From: Octopus vulgaris | Lineage: Eukaryota | DNA: 64,000 bases | Assembly (NCBI GenBank): GCA_951406725.2 | Contig: OX597826.1 | Coordinates: forward strand, 21,948,001 to 22,012,000 | Direction: 5' to 3' | Shown here: one piece after another, positions 1 through 11,536 of the stretch | Position numbering within the stretch: position 1 is the first letter of the stretch | Layout: the number at the start of each line of letters is the position of its first letter | Notes under the pieces: generated by a model | What the model saw: only the letters and a program-made list of their open reading frames with translations | The model's database searches: none | Told to the model about the DNA's origin: nothing | Program-made: the position numbers and the translations under genes

Positions 1-1149
1 CATCAACTATGTGTCTTATCCTGAAGAACTGCAATTTCTTTGACTCCTACCAGCCTTCATCACCCACGAATCCAACACGTCATAAGAAGGAACAGTAGCC
101 TCCTCCACCGAACGATCTTATTCAAGTATGTTGCAGCCAATCCGAGGAATTACTTTTCTGGAGGTAGAATTAAAACAGATTAGCAAGTAACACGATACAA
201 TGTCAATTCCAGGGTAATTAACATAGTCAATTGCTAAGAAACCAGAAAATATTAGCTTTAATCAATACAAACGGATGATTTCTAACCGATCAAGTGTTCG
301 GTCATATCGACCTGAAGTCAAAAGACCAGACGATAACACGAGAGGATGACTACTTTGTTGATGGCAATTATAAAGGGAAAGCAGAATTTAGACATCGTAA
401 GATATATTTGAAATATGGCATGATTTCAGGTTCAACATTTCCGCCTTCATGTCCTGTTCCAATTGCTTTAGCTTCTCCTACTTAAGAAACACACAATTAT
501 AAAATAAATACATGTGGAAATGAAACTGAGTTCGTGAATGGCACACGACATTTGCAGCTTGTGTAAACTACGCATTACTTAACTCGTACAACGAAGTCGA
601 GTGAATAAGAAAATGTAAAATGGTATATATAACTTGAGATGAAATGAACTGGTAAGCGACAATTTATTCTCCGTTATAAAATACAATGATTGCCATAGAT
701 GAAATAAAATAACATAACAGATTCCAACAAAGATGTGCGAGAGACTTCGTGGTTAGGCTGGACATAGTTGATGTACTGTTTGGTGGTGTGTAGCGGCTGC
801 CGTTGGTTTGTTGGTGGTCTTCATACAGCAATGATGTAGACAGGCGTCTGGTGGAGATGAAAGCAGAGACTAGCGGCTGTCAGAGCATCGTTGTCGGAGA
901 CGAACTGCGTGTAGTCAGTGACGCGTGCCAGAGGCCTAGAACAGTCGAGAATTGCCGTTCTTATAGGGAAAGCTGGTGAAAAATTCGTATTGGAACTAAG
1001 TAGTTCGAGCCCACTGTGTGGTACCTTGGAGAAGAATCTAATACAACTTTGGGTTGACGCGTATATTGTAAGTGGACTTTAGCCGATGGAAAGTGTGTTT
1101 ATGTATGTATGAATGTATGTATGTATCTATCTAGCTAGCTATTTATCTA

Positions 1150-2620
1150 TCTATCTAATTTTTTTATGCGTTTCAACCCAAAAGCAATGGCAAAGCTGGG
1201 GCACCGCCAGTTTCATCAGCTTTCCAGTGGCCATTTCTATGCGATTGGCTTTTGGTGAAGGAAGAAGTTTGGTATTGCTATCCAAAGTTTCTTGTGGTGT
1301 AGGTTCAATTGAGATCTTGGACAGTAGAAGATCAAGGTGGGTCCTTGACTGTAGAAGATGAAGGTGCTTCTTGAAAATATTTACTCCCACTTCTTGTAGA
1401 TCTCTCATGGTTTGGGGCAAAATATTAAATAGCTGTGAGCTTTTGAGTTCCTAGCTATGGCAGTTCCTGATCCTCATTCTAGACGGGATGGATTGTGGAA
1501 CAGGACAGTGGCGTCCTGTTTAGGGTCTCGTACAACTCTCAATGCCAAAGTTTGGTGCCAAACTCTGGGATTTTTCATATGTATATTGCCGCATATGCTT
1601 CCCGTCTTCGCTCCAGAAAGTAGAACCGTAATTCTTTCAGTCTCCCCCAGTAGCTCAACTGTTTCATCAATGCAATATTCCTGGCGTAGCACCGCTGAAC
1701 TGCCTCCAGTTCCGTTATTAAGTTGGCTCTGTGGGAGAACGTTAGTTGAGAGTAGTAGTCCAGACGGTTGAGGATAATTATCCTTCATAGGACCTGCAAT
1801 GATTTCTGGACCCTTGTTCTGAAAGTTCTCAGAATCCATCTGTACATTCACCAGCACCTTCTTGGTTATTTAAACATGGAACGAAGCAATGTTGCTTATA
1901 TTTGCTGTTAATGTCTACACGGAGAAGGCTCAACTGGCTTTTGTCATTTAAGAAATCATGTAATTGACTGCAGTTTTCCTTGGGCCATTCATTGTTAGTT
2001 CCATTAAATTATGGTCTTAGAAAATCGTTGGTGTCACTTTAACATTATAGATGAGCGACACATTATTTTTGAAGCAAAACATTTAAACCCCTTCTTGGAT
2101 GAAACACTATTTGCTCTATGAATAGCATGTTTGTAAGGTCAAGAAACCCTGCTTGCCTCTGCTCATGCAATGATGTATCTGAGAGATGGTGGCCCTCAGA
2201 CCCTCGACATTAGGGATGTTGAAGTCTCTTAGAAGTGGTGGGGAAGGCTGTCATCTAGGTTGATGTTAATATCTCTTCCATCTATTAGGCTCTGTTCGAA
2301 TGAGTCACCATAAGTCGAGACATCTAGTGGGAGACAGGGAGTATATATTACTATTCTCATTTGTTTACTATGAACTAACAGTAGGTGAGAGACTAAGTTT
2401 GAGTAAAACAAGAAAACCGGCGTCACATCTTCCCGGAAGTACATCGCAATTCTGCTTGGAGTTCTTTCTGTTCTCAGTTCGAAATACAACATATTTTGTT
2501 ATGTGTATCTCAGTATCTGGTATGTCAGCAGTCAAACGCATTTCTTTTAGTCCCACACACACACTTATTTTTGTTTGTAAACCACAGATCATCAGTTAGG
2601 AAAATAATGTCCTACCTGCG
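1150..2620 (-). mobile_element. Decayed CR1-group LINE: endonuclease plus post-RT C-terminus and 3' end, RT apparently missing
   Basis: Minus-strand broken frames give APE endonuclease pieces (EIHITKYVVFRT, AMYFRED, RDFNIP, VKVTPTIF*DHNL), then post-RT motifs (WILRTFRTR, ELEAVQR, YWERLKEL, QLFNILP..RDL..V..FK..LDL.LS). These match the younger copy at 63539-64000. The 3' end carries GGCGGTGCCCCAGC. Confidence 0.7.
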
Positions 2621-2874
2621 TATATATACTTACAGACTTACATACAAACATACGTACATACATGTGTGTGTACACACACACACACACATTATAGAAATAC
2701 ACATACACACATTCACCCATCAATATCTTGTATGCGAAAGTTGAACCCACAAATTACAGGCTTGTTGTCCCGATGATTTAATTGTCGATCATCAACAGAC
2801 GTTGATATTAATAACTGCTCCCTGGTCACTAAAATAGGGACTAAAAACATCACTGCTTAAAACATGGGCCAAAG

Positions 2875-4265
2875 TTATAAATGAAAGCCTCGGTGTATTT
2901 TACATGTATATCCTTACATATGAATTAGATTTATTATTGTAGCTCTACATTAGAGTTTTGGACACTGTAATGATTGCATAAAGATATAGCAAGATATGTG
3001 TGGGTGTGCGTGCGTGTGTGTGTATGTGTGTGCAACATCTGCAGTAGGGTCTGTTTTGTCCAAAGCTGGTGTAGGAATACGACCGAATGTGAAGAGGTTG
3101 GTGACATAGGTAAGTCACACGGTCGCATCCCTAACGAAATATAAGATAAGCCATAAATACAATACAGTGCCAACAGAATATAAATGAATGATGGTGATTT
3201 GGATTACAGTTCATAAGGTACACGATATGCAAGAGTTCTATATCAAGATGTTGTGTCTCGGGCGGAGACCGGTTGGGCGAATATTGTCGAGCCGCGGTTG
3301 TGGTTTCAATCGCCGAGCTGGTTCTCTTAATATAGAATTCTTCAGATGGACTGTTTTACTTGGTGAAGGGATCTGTGAAGTTGGTGTGTACATATCTGAA
3401 GTGGACGATGGTAGAGACGACTTGAAGTTGGTACAATGATGGTGACGACGGCGGCGGAGATAGAAGACGTTCTGCGTTGCTGGTGTATGTTGGCGTCGTC
3501 GCTGGCTGGTCGTCTGTCACTGGAACTGGAACATGTTGAGAAGCTCTGTGGTCAGTGACTAGACCTAAGAAGGTCTGGAGTCGAAAGACGAAGAATAGTA
3601 AAATGCAAGCCTATTTTTACAAGAAAGATAGCGCAACAGCGCCTAGGAAAAAGGGTGTCACGAGACCTTAACCAAAGGCCGTGATTGGTTGGCTTTGGAC
3701 AGTGGCACGAAATAAGTAGAGACAAATCGCGCCACATGTCAACTAATCAGATCAGTGGACACAACAGGAACGACCCAGCCGAAGATGGCTGTAATCTCAA
3801 ACGAGATCATTCCTTGGTTTTGCTAGCCATGAGACCTCATGACGACATTTACTATTTATTCGCCCAACCGGTCTCCGCCCGAGACACAACATCTTGATAT
3901 AGAACTCTTGCATATCGTGTACCTTATGAACTGTAATCCAAATCACCATCATTCATTTATATTCTGTTGGCACTGTATTGTATTTATGGCTTATCTTACA
4001 TTTCGTTAGGGATGCGACCGTGTGACTTACCTATGTCACCAACTTCTTCACATTCGGTCGTATTCCTACACCAGCTTTGGACAAAACAGACCCTACTGCA
4101 GATGTTGCACACACATACACACACACGCACGCACACCCACACATATCTTGCTATATCTTTATGCAATCATTACAGTGTCCAAAACTCTAATGTAGAGCTA
4201 CAATAATAAATCTAATTCATATGTAAGGGTATACATGTAAAATACACCGAGGCTTTCACTTATAA
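2875..4265. repeat. Fold-back structure: about 409-bp near-identical inverted arms (2875-3283 / 3857-4265) around a 573-bp spacer
   Basis: Direct reverse-complement match; ORFs 2934-3173(-) and 3967-4206(+) translate identically. Confidence 0.9.
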
Positions 4266-4534
4266 TATTTAATAAAGTGGCCATCACTAGGCGCAGTCCC
4301 AAGAATTTTTCGAAAGGAGGGCACAAGGTCAGAAGAGAATACAATTCCAGGAGAAAAGGGTGTAATAACATTATTCAGAAGGGCGCACTTCTTTTCTTGA
4401 GGCGGGTACGTGCCCCTCAGGTTCCCCACACACGAGTCCGTCCCTGACCACGATGTATGTATGTATGTATGTATGTATGTATGTATGTATGTATGCATTT
4501 GCAATAAATAATTACACAATCCTACAGGATTCAG

Positions 4535-4954
4535 GGATCTTTTCGATTTGAACGGCAGTTTTTAACATAATTTCTAGGTAACTAAAAAATGTTAAACTTC
4601 GTATACTGGTAGATTGTGTTTATAAAACATCTTTTTCTCTTGGCTTTATTGTGAAAATTCTATAGTTTGTAAGATATTTGTTGGGTTTTTTTTTTCTTCA
4701 ATTTCTGCAATTTCAACCAATGGATGACGTCCATTGAGTTAAAAAGCATTCTGTGCCGTATGAATATGTCCCTCGTTTAAGAAACAGATTGGGTTTATTT
4801 AGATTTGTGAAGAAAAAAAGATACCCTTCCCCCACCCCTAACCCTAACCCTAAAAGAAATTGAAATGCAATAGATCGATTCTAGGGTCATAATTATGGAT
4901 GACAATTTCATATGACACCGTCAGAAAAAACTGCCGTTCAAACCGAAAAGATCC
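4535..4954. mobile_element. MITE with GGATCTTTTC TIRs and 8-bp TSD (possibly Merlin superfamily)
   Basis: TIRs ggatcttttcg(a/g)tttgaacggcagtttt; TSD GGATTCAG at 4527-4534 and 4955-4962; internal (CCCTAA)3 at 4836-4853. Confidence 0.85.
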
Positions 4955-5025
4955 GGATTCAGCACTTTTTCTCTGGTTTCTACGTCCAAAAGTGTGTGCA
5001 TACATATAAAAGTATATACGCAATC

Positions 5026-5260
5026 GTGGCTGTGTTCCCAACCACATGGTTCCGGGTTCAATCCCACTACGTGACATCTTGGGCGAGTGTCTTCTATTAT
5101 AGCCTCGGGCCGATTAAAACCTTGAATGGATTTCGTTGATGGAAATTGAAAGAAGCCCGTCGTATATCTGTATGTGTGTGTGTGTGTGTGTGTACGTGAG
5201 TGTGTTTGTCTTTTTGTCTGTGTTCCGCATTACTGTTGGTGTGTTTATGTCCCCGTCACC
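5026..5260 (+). mobile_element. tRNA-derived SINE, partial
   Basis: B-box-like GGTTCAATCCC and a body matching the 6338-6753 copy. Confidence 0.75.
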
Positions 5261-5264
5261 ATAT

Positions 5265-5317
<53 letters not shown>

Positions 5318-5325
5318 TATATACA

Positions 5326-5372
<47 letters not shown>

Positions 5373-5531
5373 GCATATATATATATATGTATGTATGCAT
5401 GTATGTATACACACATACATATATATATACACACATACAATCATACACACATAAATCTACTATACACACACACCCACATGCACAGACACGCGCACACACA
5501 CACCCATACACCCACACGCAGAGACACACGC

Positions 5532-5563
<32 letters not shown>
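5261..5563. repeat. Compound (TA)n/(CA)n microsatellite
   Basis: Direct inspection. Confidence 0.95.
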
Positions 5564-6337
5564 GAGATGGCCTCGCCAGAAAAAAGCTGGTATCTAAAAA
5601 ACAAAAACAACAGTGAGTTGACATTAAACAACGCAGTTTAAGAAAAGACAAGAAGGATCGTCAAGAATGGAATGTATCTGATCAAATGTCTGCTTGACCT
5701 AGGGTTGAACACCACCAACAGCTTCAGTGGGAACGATTAGTCAATAGCAACTGAAGCCTAGAGCTATAAATATTGCTGTGTATTGTGCGCAGGCCATGAG
5801 GGAGGTTCCTGTCATCACATCACCTGATTCAAGGTGGTCTGATGTGATTTCACGTCAGCAACATCTGCTATGACGTCATAACAACTTCCCCCCTCCTATC
5901 TCTGTTTTTATCTGTCTTCCTACCCCTCACTCACGCTTTCTCTCTCTTTCTTCGTTCGCTTTCTGCTTGCATGTTTCTCTCTCTCTCTCCCTCTCTCTCT
6001 TCCTCCCTATATCTTTCTGTCTTTCACTACTCTCATTCTTTCTCTTCCTATACGCTTCTTATTCAGTTTTTCTGTTTTTTAATTTTTTGTGTGCTATTCT
6101 CCCTGTCACACATTAATACATACACACATATATATAATATGCATACATATACATGCATATATATGTGTGTGTGTGTGGAAATATATATATATATATATAT
6201 AAAATATATACAAAATAAGAAAATGGAGGAATAGATTTAGCATTTATATTAGCCTTCTGGGTACTTTACTGGCAGTATATTAGATAAATGATATCCCATA
6301 GTGGGTTACACTCATAACCCCTATCTCACTTTGTATA

Positions 6338-6879
<542 letters not shown>

Positions 6880-7207
6880 TCTGTCTCATTTGGTCTAAAG
6901 TCGTATGACAACCACCGTTATATATGTTTTGTTTGTTCATTACCGTTTTCAATTTCGTTTTCGTCTCTTGTGTTTACATCCGTCTTGTGCGTTCACATTC
7001 CTGTCTTCTACCAAGAAATCTAATGCTTACAGCTTAGTTTTTTTTCTTGGGGCTGGCCGAGTTGGAGCAAATATCAGAATTGAACAGCCGAAATTTGCTA
7101 TGATGGTTCGGTGTCTGACTGAAGATTGAAGGCTTCGAATGATTTGTCTGTGCTCCGTGTTCGTCCCTTCCTGTGTTTCACGTTCATTATATATAAAAAC
7201 ATTCATT

Positions 7208-7257
<50 letters not shown>

Positions 7258-7275
7258 AATATATATATATATATA

Positions 7276-8075
7276 TCATCATCATCATCATCATCGTTTA
7301 GCGTCCGTTTTCCATGCTAGCATGGGTTGGACGGTTCTACTGGGATCTGTGAAGCCAGAAGGCTTCATCAGGCCCAGTCAAATCTGGCAGTGTTTCTACG
7401 GCTGGATGCCCTTCCTAACGCCAACCACTCCGAGAGTGTAGTGGGTGCTTTTTACGTGCCACCTGCACAGGTGCCAGACAGAGCTGGCAAACGGCCACGA
7501 ACGGATGGTGCTTTTTATGTGCCACTGGCACGAGGGCCAGGCGAGGATGGCAACGGACACGAAACGGGGCGGTGCTGGCAACGGTCGCGAAATGGAAGGT
7601 TCTCTTACATGCCACTGGCACTGGTAACACATCTGCAATTTCCATTGATCGATTTCGATTCTGATCCTCACTTGCCTCAACAGGTCTTCACAAGTAGAGT
7701 TTTGTGTCCCAAGAAGGGAAGGTATGCATACGTAGGCCGGCTCCATCCCATGTAGAAGGCCACGGGTTATGGACTCACTTGTCCTGCCGGATCTTCTCGC
7801 GCACAGCACACTTCCAGAGGACTCGGTCGCTAGTCATTTCCTCAGTGAGACCTAAAGTTCGAAGGTCGTGCTTCACCACCTCGTCCCAGGTTTTCCTGGG
7901 TCTGCCTCTTCCACAGGTTCCCTCAGCCGCTAGGGTGTGGCACTTTTTCACACAACTATCTTCATCCATTCTCGCCACATGACCATACCAGTGCAAACGT
8001 CTCTCTTGCACACCACAACTGATGCTTCTTAGGTCCAGCTTTTCTCTCAAGGTACTTACACTCTGCCTAGTATGA

Positions 8076-8077
<2 letters not shown>
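7276..8077 (-). mobile_element. RTE LINE 3' fragment (about 800 bp)
   Basis: C-terminal peptide RRL.WYGHV.RM...GRGRPRKTW, 3' UTR and (GAT)n tail; reverse complement of about 9545-10440. Confidence 0.9.
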
Positions 8078-8156
<79 letters not shown>

Positions 8157-8202
8157 ATATATATATATTATATAATATATATATATATAATATATATATT
8201 AT

Positions 8203-10438
8203 CTAAGGCAATTAGAAGCATGAAGACAGGGAAAGCCCCAGGCCCATCAGGAATCACTGCAGAGATGCTCAAAATGTCTGGTAGTGTCGGCTATAGCCTA
8301 GTCACCCGTATAGTTAATCAGGTGATACACAAAGGGGTCATACCCAATGACTGGTGTAGCAGTATAATAGTCAACTGCTACAAAGGTAAAGGTGATGCCC
8401 TAGATACAAATAACTACAGAGGTATCAAGCTGTTGGATCAGGTGATGAAGGTTACGGAGAGGGTCATAGCCCAACTAATTAGAGAGAGAGTTAGTTTAGA
8501 TGAGATGCAGTTTGGGTTTGTGCCAGGGAAAAGTACTACTGATGCTATATTCCTGGTAAGGCAACTGCAGGAGAAATACCTAGCCAAAGATAAGCCCCTG
8601 TACCTGGCTTTTGTTGACATGGAGAAAGCCTTCGACAGGGTCCCCCGATCCCTTATCTGGTGGGCAATGAGGAAACTAGGGATAGATGAATGGTTAGTGA
8701 GAGCTGTGCGGGCCATGTATAGGGACGCTGCTAGTAGGGTGAGGGTTGGAAATGAGTACAGTGAAGAATTCTGGGTAGAGGTAGGGGTCCACCAAGGCTC
8801 AGTACTCAGCCCCCTCCTATTTATCATAGTCCTCCAGGCAATAACGGAGGAATTCAAGACAGGATGCCCTTGGGAGCTCCTCTATGCTGATGACCTTGCT
8901 CTAATTGCTGAGTCGCTATCAGAACTGGAGGAGAAGTTTCAGGTGTGGAAACAAGGATTAGAATCGAAGGGCCTCAGAGTCAATCTAGCTAAAACCAAAG
9001 TCGTAATCAGTAGGAAGGTAGACAAATCACAAACACCTTCAGGTAGATGGCCCTGCTCGATCTGTAGAAAAGGTGTAGGTAGAAACTCTATAAGATGCAC
9101 CAAGTGTAAGCTATGGACACATAAGAGATGCAGCAATGTCAAAGGAAGGCTAACTAGGAAGATGGTTTTTGTATGTGGCAGATGCTCAGGAACAATAAAA
9201 ACTGAAAATGCTCTGAGACCAACTTCCGTCACTTTCCAGGGAGAAAAACTAGAAATAGTTGATAGTTTCCGTTACCTAGGTGACCAAGTCAGCAGCGGGG
9301 GCGGGTGTGCTGAAAGTGTAACTGCTAGAGTAAGAATAGCTTGGGCAAAGTTCAGAGAGCTCTTACCTCTGCTGGTGACAAAAGGCCTCTCGCACAGAGT
9401 GAAAGGCAGACTGTATGATGCGTGTGTATGAACAGCCATGCTACATGGCAGTGAAACATGGGCCGTGACTGCTGAGGATATGCGTAAGCTCGCTAGAAAT
9501 GAAGCCAGTATGCTCCGATGGATGTGTAATGCCGGTACTCACACTCGGCAGAGTGTAAGTACCTTGAGAGAAAAGCTGGACCTAAGAAGCATCAGTTGTG
9601 GTGTGCAAGAGAGACGTTTGCGCTGGTATGGTCATGTGGTGAGAATGGATGAAGATAGTTGTGTGAAAAAGTGCCACACCCTAGCGGTTGAGGGAACCTG
9701 TGGAAGAGGCAGACCCAGGAAAACCTGGGACGAGGTGGTGAAGCACGACCTTCGAACTTTAGGTCTCACTGAGGAAATGACTAGAGACCGAGACCTCTGG
9801 AAGTGTGCTGTGCGCGAGAAGACCCGGCAGGACAAGTGAGTCCATAACCCGTGGCCTTCTACATGGGATGGAGCCAGCCTACGTATGCATACCTTCCCTT
9901 CTTGGGACACAAAACTCTACTTGTGAAGATGTGTTGAGGCAAGTGAGGATCAGAATCGAAATCGATCAATGGAAATTGCGGATGTGTTACCAGTGCCGGT
10001 GGCATGTCGAAACTCTACTTGTGAAGACCCGTTGAGGCAAGTGAGGATCAGAATCGAAATCGATCAATGGAAATCGATCAATGGAAATTGCAGATGTGTT
10101 ACCAGTGCCGGTGGCATGTAAGAGAACTTTCCGTTTCGCGACCGTTGCCAGCACCGCCCCGTTTCGTGTCCGTTGCCAGCCTCGCCTGGCCCTCGTGCCG
10201 GTGGCACATAAAAAGCACCATCCGTTCATGGCCGTTTGCCAGCTCTGTCTGGCACCAGTGCGGGTGGCACGTAAAAAGCACCCACTACACTCACGGAGTG
10301 GTTGGCGTTAGGAAGGGCATCCAGCCGTAGAAACACTGCCAGATTTGACTGGGCCTGATGAAGCCTTCTGGCTTCACAGACCCCAGTAGAACCGTCCAAC
10401 CCATGCTAGCATGGAAAACGGACGCTAAACGATGATGA

Positions 10439-10440
<2 letters not shown>
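8203..10440 (+). mobile_element. 5'-truncated RTE LINE: RT plus C-terminal region, one premature stop
   Basis: ORF 8220-9431 has KAPGPSG, NYRGIKLL, QFGF, DMEKAFD, GVHQGSVLSPLLF, LYADD and YLG. TGA at 9429-9431, then the same frame continues to 9839. 3' UTR ends in (GAT)n. Confidence 0.95.
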
Positions 10441-10507
<67 letters not shown>

Positions 10508-10508
<1 letters not shown>

Positions 10509-11106
10509 AATTAATTGTTATCGCCATATTAATATGGCAGTCTTATAGATATAAGACTAAAACTGTCGCTGATTAGCTCCATGAGGCCATCGCCTTAAGA
10601 TAGCTATTTGACACACAAACTGTGTCCATTATAACCTTCGAACAAGGGAGGTCAGCCGCTTCACACTGCTAGTCAGACAACTACAGACGCGTTTCAGGGT
10701 ATTTGCCCTTTGTCAATGTAGCGTAGTCGACCCAGCAGGTGTCGCCACTGAACGTCTCTGTTCGAAGGTTTTATTTACCTAGTTTCGGTGGAATATATCC
10801 ACTTGTTTCCAATAATAGAAATATTAAAATTACTAAGTCTCTCTAAAAGAGATTACGGCAGCGTTACTGGAAATTAATTGTTATCGCCATATTAATATGG
10901 CAGTCATATAGATATAAGGTTATAATGGACACAGTTTGTGTGTCAAATAGCTATCTTAAGGCGATGGCCTCATGGAGCTAATCAGCGACAACTTTTAGTC
11001 TTATAATCTATAAGACTGCCATATTAATATGGCGATAACAATTAATTTCCAGTAACGCTGCCGTAATCTCTTTTAGAGAGACTTAGTAATTTTAATATTT
11101 CTATTA
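10508..11106. mobile_element. Non-coding direct-plus-inverted repeat structure resembling a Penelope pseudo-LTR or retrozyme
   Basis: Segment aaattaattgttatcgcc... recurs at 10508 and 10871 (363-bp period). 10917-11106 is the reverse complement of 10508-10638 and 10812-10870. Flanked by (TA)n; contains a hammerhead motif. Confidence 0.6.
10681..10721 (-). ncRNA. Minimal type I hammerhead ribozyme motif, core mutated
   Basis: Minus strand: CUACA-UUGACAA-AGGG caaaua CCCU-GAAA-CGCG-UC-UGUAG. Stems I and II pair, stem III is palindromic, GUC site present. Core differs from CUGACGA at two positions. Confidence 0.6.
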
Positions 11107-11170
11107 TATATATATATATATATGTACATACATATACATACGTATATAATATATTCATACATCCATATAA

Positions 11171-11201
<31 letters not shown>

Positions 11202-11536
11202 CATAATTCCCCGCCGTCTCCTTTCACTAATATTTACTATTTATTTAATTATTCAAAACAGTTTAAAATTTTTGTTTATTTTTATGGTGGTTAATTAACA
11301 AGTTAATCAAAACGGTAGGAACATAGTAAACGCTGCTCTTAGTAATCTAGACTACACACGCTTATTTTAACTTCTTCCATCTCGGCAGGGATTTAAACTC
11401 CAAATGTAAAAGGTCGTAACTAAACACCATAAGGCATTTGGCGAACCCTGCGTGATCGGCCTGCGAAATTTTTTTCCCACGAGATATCCGGATGCCAGTA
11501 ATGGACTCGTTTGCATACAGCCAATCAGAGCTCACC

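Noticed and set aside
560-1010. Solo-LTR-like sequence on the minus strand
   Set aside because: Composition is suggestive, but TG...CA ends and a TSD could not be fixed.
5114-5651. Many ORFs rich in YI/HT/CV (also near 6.7, 59.1 and 60.8 kb)
   Set aside because: Translations of (TA)n/(CA)n microsatellites.
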